A stretch of DNA of 64,000 bases from Heteronotia binoei (Eukaryota), in NCBI RefSeq assembly GCF_032191835.1, contig NW_026799993.1, positions 186,001-250,000 of the forward strand. The letters are read 5' to 3'. This document shows, piece after piece, positions 24,530 through 35,072 of the stretch. The notes under the pieces are model-generated. The model saw only the letters and a list, made by a program, of their open reading frames with translations. It did no database searches and had not been told where the DNA came from. The number at the start of each line of letters is the position of its first letter. Within the stretch, counting starts at the first letter, position 1. A program made the translations under genes and the position numbers.

Positions 24530-25015
24530 CAGCTCCACTTAATCCCTGGGCCTTCCGAAAAACTGTGACATTAAGCATAGATCCAAACAGGAAAGAATTA
24601 GCAGGAGAAATGCCTTTCTTCTTGCAACTGCCACGGCTGTGCCAGGAGTAAGCAGCAGCAGCAGCAGCTGAGGGTCCACCCCTGCTTCCCCTCCCCCGAC
24701 TGCCTCTCCAAACACGCAAGGCTTACTTGGAAGATTAGGAGCGAACATAGCAAAAGACAACAGAGTTCCTTTTGTAATGGGAATGGGATTAAAGAATCAA
24801 GTGACCAGTTGCAACTCCCAAGTGGTTTTCCGGCTTCTTAGAGCCCTGTGTCACTGTCAGGTCCAGTCCCCGACAGGCCACAGAGGTGGCAAGAGGTAGG
24901 GTGTGGAATGTGCAGATAAAAAACTCAACCAGGACTCATGCCAGGCCAGGCTTTGGAAGTCCCGGAGCCTTCTTTTGTAAGTACCGCTCTACTGATGCTG
25001 ATGAATCACGTGTGA
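24530..25015. promoter_or_regulatory. Candidate BEST1 / bidirectional promoter and 5' exon region
   Basis: OTX2/CRX-type sites TAATCC 24540-24545 and GGATTA 24786-24791; TCACGTG E-box 25006-25012; + strand donor GTAAGT 24977; - strand donor GTAAGC at 24726. Motif-level evidence only. Confidence 0.35.
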
Positions 25016-26626
25016 GATTTCTTTTTAAGTTAAACTCTTATGTTTCTGCCTTTTGTGTCTGGGTATCTTTTTCAGTTTGGTGGCTACCAATTCCAAATAT
25101 TCAATGATCTCAGGAAGCATAACATGAAGAACAAATAATGTTCATAACTGAAAGTCTCTTCAGACTTCCATTTCTTAGGCAGATATGCATTTAAGTTGGT
25201 AACATGCTGCGAATTGTATCAGCTGGGGGGTGGGGGCTCTTTGACTTATGTTATATACATCTTTTTTTTATAGTGTGCACCGTGTTAAGGTTAGCTTCCT
25301 ATATATATATGGGCTTATAGGATAGCTCAGTGCCGATTACGTTTACCAGAGTAGGGCTGTATGCCTTAACATCTGGGTGAGAGGCAGCCATATGCTGGGA
25401 GAAATTATGCACTTTGCTACAACACTGTGATGTGAGATTGATTTTTTTTCCTCAGATTAATAGACTGATTCATAGCAATGCTGTGCCTAATATCAGCCAC
25501 TCAGGTTTTTTAGGTGCACATGCAGCTACACCCGAGAAGTGAGTGATTTTGTTCATTAGGTTCTAATATTCCACATGCAGTACAGAGTTGTTCAGTACAT
25601 CAGTAGATTTTCTTCTATATCAAAGCACTTTAGTATGATACAATAAAAAGAATGTCCTTGATTCCAGTACACCCAAATACCACTGGATTCCATTCACCAG
25701 AGGATATACCACAGTATATCTCGCCTGATTTTAGAATTCCTCTGTGGTAGCACCAAACATCACCTGGCAGGGCTTGGAAATGTTAACTTTTCAGTTTCTT
25801 CCAGGAATGAGCAAGACATCCAGGAATCCATTTTAAATTGCAGAGGAGGGAAAGGCAAAAGAGGACATCATGTATAATATAGAAGAACAGAGAGGCATTA
25901 TTTACACAGAGGGGATTTAGATTTTTCCATGTTTGGTAAAGATGTGTTCTGCATTTCAGTTGCATAAGAAAATATATCCACTACATGCCATGAAGAAACA
26001 AAAGTTGTTTCCATTGTAAAGAACTTAGTAATATGTACGTATTTCTGACATCTGTTCCGTACTTGGGGGAGAGTTAAACTCACCAGAATCTCACTCTACT
26101 GTGGAAGAGTGCTGGGTGATCTTGAGACAGGGTTGTTGTGACTGTGAGGATAAAATGGAGGAGAATGATACAAACTGCTTTCAGTCTCCACTAGGGAGAA
26201 AGGTAGGTTAGAAGCAAAATAAAATTTAAACTATAATCAACTATACAGTGCCCATACTTGGGCCTCAGTTGCCCTGATCCTGCAAAAAAAATATCTGCCC
26301 ATGAGCATTTCTTTTTGAATGCATTGCAAGGGCAGATGCACATCTGTATGCTTATCCCCATGTGCACAGTAGTGCTTATTTGAGCTGTATTATATTGCTG
26401 GGATGTGTCTTTTGATATTGATGATGGTGAATGTCTGATGCCACCAGATGTTCCTTATGACCACAGTTCAATGGCTTGACCTGAATATCTCAGGTTAGCC
26501 TGATCTTGTCAGATCTTAGAAGTTAAGCAGGGTTAGTATTTGGGTGGGGCAGCACCAAGGAATACCAGGGTCACTACACAGAGGCAGGCAATGGCAAAAC
26601 ACCTCTGAATGCCTCTTGCATTGTCA

Positions 26627-26927
26627 CCAGTTTGGTGTAGTGGTTAAGTGTGGTTAAATGGTTAAGTGTGCGGACTCTTATCTGGGAGAACCGGGTTTGA
26701 TTCCCCACTCCTCCACTTGCACCTGCTAGCATGGCCTTGGGTCAGCCATAGCTCTGGCAGAGGTTGTCCTTGAAAGGGCAGCTGCTGTGAGAGCCCTCTC
26801 CAGCCCCACCCACCTCACAGGGTGTTTGTTGTGGGGGAGGAAGGTAAAGGAGATTGTGAGCCGCTCTGAGACTCTTCGGAGTGGAGGGCAGGATATAAAT
26901 CCAATATCTTCTTCTTCATCTTCTTCA
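26627..26927 (+). mobile_element. Young tRNA-derived SINE (Squam3-like) inserted in a 5S-derived SINE
   Basis: Nearly identical to 62756-63044. Confidence 0.88.
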
Positions 26928-27867
26928 TATGTTGGCTGTGACTTGACAGCAAAAAAAGAGAGAGTTCAATCAGTGCCAGTATGTTTACCAGAGATGTGGT
27001 AACAATGCAGAATGTATGTGTTATCTCAGAATCCAAGAACTGATGTCAATTGTCAATCCAAACAGGCCTTTTCCTTTTACTGAATATAGTCTTTGGGGCT
27101 GCAAATTCAAGGAAGAGAACAATACATTGAGGATAAGGCCATTTGAATTCTTCCCCTGCTGTTTTCCCGCTAATCATCCCCAAACTGCTCTTATCCTCAC
27201 TGTGGAAAACTTATGGAAGAGGTAAGCAGAGTTGTTTAGATTAAGAAATGAAAATAGTATGGCTGATCTGACTGACGTGATTGCCATTCATAGAGAAAGA
27301 GAAGGAAACCACTGTCCATTTAGGTATTCATGAATGCAAAATGTTTCAAGTGTTAAATTCCTGTACACCAATCGTGAGGACAAGTGTTTTTTTAAATCAG
27401 ATTGCAAAATTACCAAATGGCAGCCTCAGATAATGCTGGCCATTCTCTTCCTCTCAGCTCAATCAGATATGCAGGAACCACTTCTGGGCATGAAAGGAAT
27501 TAACAGTTCAGTACATAGCATGCTTGGTCAAGGCCTGAGCCATCCATGAGTATTATATATATAGGAGTGGCCAAACTTGCTTGACGTAAAAGCCACATTG
27601 AATAAACATCAGATGTTCGAGAGCTACAAGACAGATGTTTGAGAGACAGGAGGGAGGGAGGAAAATAGATGGGGAGGGGGAAAGAAAGCAACTTTAACTT
27701 TAATTGCATTCTCCAAGCTGCCAGCTGGCTTGGAGAAGTGATTTAAAGAGAAAAACATATTTTCCAAGTCAACCAATATGGCACTGGGGGCTTCAAGAAC
27801 CACACAATATGTGTGAAAGAACCACATGTGGCTCCTACACTGCAGTTTGGCCACCCCAATATATAAC

Positions 27868-27990
27868 CAGGGCTTTTTTTGTAGAAAAAGCCCAGCATGA
27901 ACTCATTTGTATATTAGGCCACACCCCTTGGCACCAAGCCAGCCAGAACTATGTTCCTGTGTATTCCTGCTAAAAAAAAAAAAAGCCCTG
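27868..27990. mobile_element. hAT-type MITE
   Basis: CAGGGC/GCCCTG TIRs, perfect TSD TATATAAC; abuts another MITE at about 27562-27857. Confidence 0.88.
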
Positions 27991-28713
27991 TATATAACCT
28001 TTCTTCCTTCCTTCCTTGGAATAAGCTTTAGGAAACATGTGGACAGAGATACAGTGCAAAAAACATCAGGATATTGTAAGGACTGTCCATCATGTTGAGC
28101 AACCCCAGGCAGTGACATGACTGAGTCAGGAAATTCACCTTATACTGACATTATAAAACCTACATGATCAGAAATGTGCCTTAGGGTTCCATTGTCTTTC
28201 AGCAATAATGCTTGCACCTTGGACATTCCATTCTGCGGGGAGTACTCCATGCACCACAGAAAATGGACAACAGAAGATGTAGAAAGAGTCTCTCATCCCC
28301 TGCTGTGCTTTACTCCCTGTCCCTTTGGCATCTCCCCTCCCAGTCACACCAGCTAAGCTCAGCACTAAACATGATTGTTGATGATGTTCTGGTACAAGGA
28401 GACAAGATCCTTCTGAGGATCAACATTGCTTTAACGTTCCCTTTAATGTGTAAACTATCTCCTGGGCAGCAGCCCAAGAGTTACGGTATTTCTTAACAAA
28501 TTATGTTTATGGACATCTCACCCCGCTCCCTTCTTCTTGATGTGCTTTTTCCTCCTTTAATCTTTCCTCATGTTTCCTTCTCTCAGTTCTAGTCTTACCT
28601 GTTATTAAATTTCTCCGAAATTAGTCAAAAATGCCTTGATGTAGTCTTATCATAACTTAGCTCTGTGTCCCATCCACAATAACAGCAGCTCTGGATTTCT
28701 GAAGTACCACAAA

Positions 28714-28831
28714 CAGGGCTTTTCTTGAGCAGAAACGAACAGGGACACAGTTCTGGCTGGCTTGGTGTCAGGGAGTATGGCCGAATATGCAAATGAATTC
28801 CTGCTGGGCTTTTTCTACAAAAAAAGCCCTG
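28714..28831. mobile_element. hAT-type MITE
   Basis: TSD ACCACAAA/ACTACAAA; carries ATGCAAAT at 28787-28794. Confidence 0.85.
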
Positions 28832-29103
28832 ACTACAAACACATGCTAAAGCTGTCCAAAGGTACATTTGTAAATGCACATAAATTGTTTATCTGTGCAT
28901 TTATAATCTGGATTTCCTTTATTTTCTGGAAAAGACTGTTTTGCCATTAGGATGGAAGCCTCCTGGGGCCAACTGAAACATAGTACTTCCAATCATTTCC
29001 TCTGAGTTCTTCTATTCTGCAAGCTGCTAAGGTCTTAAGGTCCCTTGTCTCTTTAAGAGCACCTCAGTCCTTATCATGCTGTTTGTTTCTAGCAGGACTT
29101 GTG

Positions 29104-29255
29104 ATGACAGTGACATATACCTACCGCGTAGCTGATGCTCACCTAGGCACCTTCTCACAGCTTCTGCTCCAATGGAAAGGGAGCATCTACAAACTCCTCT
29201 ATTGCGAGTTCTTAATCTTTATCTCTTTCTACTTTGGCATCAGCATTGTCTACAG
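29104..29255 (+). CDS. BEST1: Bestrophin-1, first coding exon ([51 protein letters not shown])
   Basis: Manual translation matches the bestrophin-1 N-terminus. 152 coding nt as in human exon 2. Upstream tandem acceptor TAGCAG (29090-29095) and donor GTGAG at 29256. Confidence 0.97.
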
Positions 29256-29437
29256 GTGAGCATCTCCTGAGCCTGACATATATCTCTAGGGCCTCTCTGT
29301 ATAATCACTGGAATCCTGTCACCAGTATACTTTGCACACAATCTTTGCAGAAGTGACTGTTCAGTAATAATAACTCAATATCACACCCAGATATAATAGA
29401 TGCTCTTGAAGGGGAGCAGGAGAGTTGTACCCCTGTC

Positions 29438-29654
29438 CAGTGTTCCCTCTAAGCTGAGTTAGTGGGAGCTAGCTCACAATTTTTTTAGCCTCCAGTTCAC
29501 AGATTTTTGTCTCCGCTCCGGAAAAATGGCCCTAGAGCAAACTAATTTATCCAATAGCTCACAACTTTAAAGGCAATAGCTCACAACTAAAAAGCCAGTA
29601 GCTCACAAAGTAGAATTTTTGCTCACAAGACTCCACAGCTTAGAGGGAACATTG
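29438..29654. mobile_element. hAT-type MITE
   Basis: 19-bp TIRs CAGTGTTCCCTCTAAGCTG / CAGCTTAGAGGGAACATTG; diverged 8-bp TSD. Confidence 0.85.
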
Positions 29655-29869
29655 CTCCCGTCCCTCTTTTCTGGCTAAATGTGCTTCTCTTCAGGAATGA
29701 CATATGTGGGCCGCAAGAGATCATAGATGCCTTTAAAAATATGTTTACCACTAATCCTTGTTCTCCCCTTGCCACATGGTTGTAAATAAACAATATAGTT
29801 GTATGAATCACAGGAAATTAATTGTCAAACAATCATAGCATATTGATGCCTTAGTATAAGTGTGAGTTT

Positions 29870-31092
29870 TCTTTTTAAAGCTTTCGTGCTGTTTTAAATA
29901 AACAGATAAAATACATACCACAAGTTAGGAAAGGCACAAACAGGCATAAGAAAAGGCCTGCATGGTTAACAAACAAAATAATGGAAGCTGTAAAGGGTAA
30001 GAAGGACTCCTTTAAGTGGTGGAAAACCAATCCAAGTGAGATTGATAAAAGGGAACACAGGCTGTGGCAAATCAAATGCAAGACTGTGATCAGGCAGGCA
30101 AAAAGGGACTATGAGGAGCATATTGCAAAAAACATAAAGACCAACAATAAAAATGTCTTCAAATATATTAGAAGTAGGAAACCAGCCAGGGAGGCAGTGG
30201 GGCCCTTGGATGACCATGAGGTAAAAAGATTACTGAAGGAGGATAGGGAAATGGCTGACAAGCTGTATGCATTTTTTGCCTCCGTCTTCACTGTGGAAGA
30301 TGAGAACTTTTTGCCCACCCCAAAACCACTAATTTTGGAAGGGGTGTTGAAAGACCTGAGTCAGATTGAGGTGACAAAAGAGGAAGTCCTACAACTGATA
30401 GATGAATTAAAAACTAATAAGTCACCGGGTCCAGATGGCATACATCCGAGAGTTCTGAAAGAATTCAAAGTTGAACTTGTGGATCTTCTAACAAAAATCT
30501 GTAATCTTTCATTGAAATCTGCCTCCGTTCCTGAGGACTGGAAGGTAGCAAATGTCACCCCCATCTTTAAAAAGGGTTCCAAAGGCGATCCGGGAAATTA
30601 CAGGCCAGTCAGTCTGACTTCAATACCGGGAAAGTTGGTAGAAACTTATCAAGGACAGAATGAGTAGGCACATTGATGAACACAGGTTATTGAGGAAGAC
30701 TCAGCATGGGTTCTGTAAGGGAAGATCTTGCCTCACTAACCTGTTACATTTCTTTGAGGGGGTGAACAAACATGTGGACAAAGGAGACCCGATAGATGTT
30801 GTTTACCTTGACTTCCAGAAAGCTTTTGATAAAGTTCCTCATCAAAGGCTCCTTAGAAAGTTTGAGAGTCATGGAGTAAAAGAACAGGTCCTCTTGTGGA
30901 TCAAAAACTGGCTAAGTAATAGGAAGCAGAGAGTGAGTATAAATGGGCAGCCTTCGCAGTGGAGGACGGTAAGCAGTGGGGTGCCGCAGGGCTCGGTACT
31001 GGGTCCCATGCTCTTTAACTTGTACATTAATGATTTAGAGTTGGGAGTGAGCAGTGAAGTGGCGAAGTTTGCGGATGACACTAAATTGTTGA
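29870..31092 (+). mobile_element. CR1 LINE RT fragment (frameshifted, 3'-deleted)
   Basis: ORFs 29981-30667 and 30660-31127: [47 protein letters not shown]. Confidence 0.93.
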
Positions 31093-31527
31093 GCTGGCTA
31101 CCTGAACCCAACTTTTGCCGGAATTGAACTCAGGCCGTGAGCAGAGCTTGGACTGAAGTACTGCAGCTTACCACTCTGCACCACAAGGCTCCTAGTTTGC
31201 ATGCTACCCACAAAAAATTTCCACTGTCTACCCACGCAAATGCTATCGCACACAGAGCCAAGCAATGTTACTACCTGGGGTAAATGTATTTGTCCCAAGA
31301 AGAAAGTATTATGATTAGTGCACAGGAAATGTGATGTCCATAATAACAGAAGTGCTATACAAGAAGACAACAAATAGAAACAAATGTGCATTTATTGAGC
31401 AAAAACATATCAACTGATTATGCAGAATAGTCTGTGCAGGCAGCCAAGAGTCCAAGTTCAATATTTTCAATCAATGAATAATCTTTCTTACAGTTTAGAA
31501 ACTGGGAATATTTTCCTTTTATTCTAG

Positions 31528-31622
31528 GTTTATTCTGAGTGAAAGCCAAAGGCTGATGTTTGAGAAGCTGGCTCTATACTGCAATAGCTATGCTGAACTG
31601 ATCCCTGTATCTTTTGTGCTAG
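31528..31622 (+). CDS. BEST1: BEST1 coding exon 2 ([31 protein letters not shown])
   Basis: AG/GTAAG boundaries, 95 nt, phases consistent; contains neck residues I76 and F80. Confidence 0.97.
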
Positions 31623-32809
31623 GTAAGAATTGATAACAATATGAAGCTGTATGAGAACATACTTGTTCTTTTGCAATCTTCCATGAAGACTCCACTCCCT
31701 GTTCATCTAACATTTGAGCTGCAATTGATGAATGCATTGGCAGGGCTTTCTTAGTAGTGGCAACAAAATAATGGAATTCCCATACAAGGGTGGTTTGTCC
31801 CATCACTGCTGGTCTTCAGATGGCAGACTGGGAATGTTTTATTCTGGAAAACATTTACTATACTAGTCCTGCGTAGGCCTTTCCTATTTAGACATGCTGC
31901 CAATTTGGCTGTGATACTCAGGGCTTTTTTTTGAACAGGAATGCCGTTCCGGCTGACTTGGTGTCGGGGTGTGTGGTCTAATATGCAAATAAGTTCCTGC
32001 TGGGCTTTTTTCTACAAAAAGTGGGGCACTGGTGATGTCAGGGGGTGTGGCCTAATATGTAAATGAGTTTCTGCTGGGCTTTTTCTACCAAAAAAAAGCC
32101 CTGGTTATACTATATTCATTATTGTCTTGGTTTTATATGTGGTTTTCATACCTTTGTTGGCTACCCTGAATATCCTGCTTTTGAAAGACAAAGTATAAAT
32201 ATTTTTCACAAATAAAGAAATCAAAATACTAAAACACTAATCTAATGAAAACTCTGTCTCACATCAACATAAATGATGGTCACTTCATAAAGTATGTTCC
32301 AAGAGAACCATCTTACTAAAGCATCACATCTGAGGTATTTTCAAGGCTATATTAAGACATGTTAAAGTCCTACATTATGGCTAGTTTAAGATTTATTTAT
32401 TCATTTATTTATTTATTGACTTTAAATTTGTATTCCGCCCACTCTACATACGGTCTTTGGGCGGCTCACAGTCATAATCAAAGAGGCCATATAACATTAT
32501 CAAAAATTGTGTATTATCTGACATTGAATTTTAGTTTTAAACATTTGTATGTAGAGGTCCCTCTTAATTTTTTAAATTTTATTTTGTTCTCGCTGTAGCG
32601 TGTTTTAACTTGCTGGGTTTGGGATTGATTATTCTAATTTTTTAGAATGGATATTATATTAGCTGCCTTGAGTAGTTTCAAGGTGGAGAGGCAGCAGAAA
32701 AATATACTGAATAAAATGAATAAATTAAAAATTATATATGTATGTGCAGGTGACAGACAATTATATCCTTTTCTACCTCATTATGACTAATATGTGGTTT
32801 CCACTCTAG

Positions 32810-33043
32810 GCTTTTATGTCACCTTGGTGGTATCTCGCTGGTGGGGTCAATATGAGAGCATCCCTTGGCCTGACCGCATTATGAACCTGGTTTCAAGTAG
32901 TGTGGAAGGGAAGGATGAGTATGGGCGCCTCCTGCGGCGAACCTTGGTACGCTACATCAATCTGCTGAGTGTGCTGATCTTGCGCTCTGTCAGCACTGCT
33001 GTCTTCAAGAGATTTCCAAGCATAGACCATGTTGTGAGAGCAG
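32810..33043 (+). CDS. BEST1: BEST1 coding exon 3 ([23 protein letters not shown]...[11 protein letters not shown])
   Basis: 234 nt, canonical splice sites, contains the bestrophin RFP motif; lies within ORF 32794-33072. Confidence 0.98.
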
Positions 33044-33242
33044 GTATGAGCCACAACTCTGGCGAAGAGTAGGACGAAACATACTTGAAATAGACACACT
33101 CCTCCATGTCACCAATGAAGATATGTTATGATTTGGGAGATTCCCAAAGCTTATCGAGAGCCAAGATATGAGGGGGGGGGGGATCTATGAAGCCTAAGGC
33201 TCAGCTACCTGTGCTGGTGATAGTTGTGCTCCCTCTTGAAAG

Positions 33243-33750
33243 TAGGGTTGCCAAGTCCAATTCAAGAAATATCTGGGGACTTTGGGGGTGGAGCCAGGCA
33301 CAATATGGGTGGAGCCAAGATCAAGGCTGTGACAAGCATAATTGAACTCCAAAGGGAGTTCTGGCCATCACATTTAAAGGGACAGCACACCTTTTCAATT
33401 CCTTCCTTCCTTAGGAAATAATGAAGGATAGGGGCACCTTCCTTTGGGGCTCATAGAATTGGACCCCCTAGTCCAATCTTTTTGAAACTTGGGGGGCATT
33501 TTGGGGAGAGGCACTAGATGCTATACTGAAAATTTGGTGCATCTACCCCCAAAAACAGCACCCCTAGAGCCCCAGATACCCGCGGATCAATTCTCCATGA
33601 TTTTCTATGGGAATAAATCTCCATAGGGAATAATAGAATTCCCAGAAGACATTTCCTTCCCCTCCCCCCGCTTTCTGACGACCCTGAAGCGGGGGGAGAG
33701 CCTCCAAACCGGGGGGGTCCCCTGCCACCACCTGGGGATTGGCAACCCTA
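33243..33750 (+). mobile_element. hAT-type MITE (TAGGGTTGCCA family)
   Basis: Perfect TIRs and TSD CTTGAAAG. Confidence 0.93.
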
Positions 33751-35072
33751 CTTGAAAGCTATCAAACCAAGTGCAGGTCAGCAGTCTTGCTTGGTGACCA
33801 GACAACTGTTATGAACATTGGAAGCTGTCTAACAGCATTGTTTCACCTTTTTTTTCCCCTTGGAAAAGGTATATGTTACACCCCCAGACACTTGCGTGAT
33901 GTGGCTCACCAAGTACAAAGAATATAGTAAAATAATTTTAAAATCTCAAAGATAATACCAGTTTTAAAACAAGCCATAAAATGGCAAAACATCAAATAAA
34001 ACTCAGCAGCCTAAAATGGTATCTCTAAAACAGTCCTCAGGCAAGAAACAGACCATAAAAGTGGGTTTTAAAAAGAGGGAGGCCTTCAGTTAAAAGCCTG
34101 GTAGTTCAGTGTTTTCTCATCTGACTGGCAGCATTTTCCAGGGTTTTAGTCAGAGACAAATCTTGCCTAACACTTGCTATCCCTTGACTGGAAATAGCAA
34201 GGACTCATATACAAAGCATGTGGTGGTCCTATCTATGTAGTGTTTCGTAACACACACATCTTTGCAGGCAGGAAAATAAAATGGGATATTTAGTCAAGCC
34301 CTATGAGTAAGCTGCACTCAACTCAGTGGGTAACAAGGTTGCACATTTCTTTAGAGGAAGACACAAGGCTATTTTAAGATCTACCAATATTCGCCTCTGC
34401 AAAAACACCCATGTTGCAAAAGAAGCAGTTGCCAAAATAACTATCAGACTTGTCCAGAAGTTGCACTGAGTTGCACTGTTTCAGATAAAGCAGCATTCTT
34501 TATCTAGTAAGATGGAACCAGCCTGCTCTATCCTCTTTTAGGGAAACAACGACACTGAGGAGCTGATAATGGAAAAGCCAGACAGAGAGCAATGCTACTT
34601 CATTCTAGTTGCTTTTCAGATGCATGCTGCAGTGGCTGTGCTTGGCCCATTTCTGCCTGCCTATTAGGGTTGTCAGTCTTCAGATGGGACTTGGAGATCT
34701 AGAATTACAAATTATGTCTGGAGCCCAGACAACAGAGATTAGTTCCCCTGGAGAAAATGGGTGCTTTGGAGGGTGGACTCTAAGGTGTTATATATACCAA
34801 TGAAGTCCCACCCCTCCCCACACCCTGCTTTCTCCAGGCTTCATCCCCTAATTCTCCAGGTACTCCCCCAATTGCAACCCGGAGCTGGCAATTTCCTGTT
34901 TAGCCCTCCCTATTGTTTAGTCCTCCCAATTGTTGAACATCCTATAGATGTGCAGCACAAGTATCTCCACATGGCACTGCTGCATCGTATGAGACAGAAT
35001 GCAATATGTGAACACCAAGGGATCTTCCACCCTAGAGTGGGGAGTTACCTTGCTGATGTTAGATACAGGAAT

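Noticed and set aside
26470-26560. 5S rRNA-like sequence
   Set aside because: Degenerate, partial and fused to a retroposon tail; a SINE3-type element.
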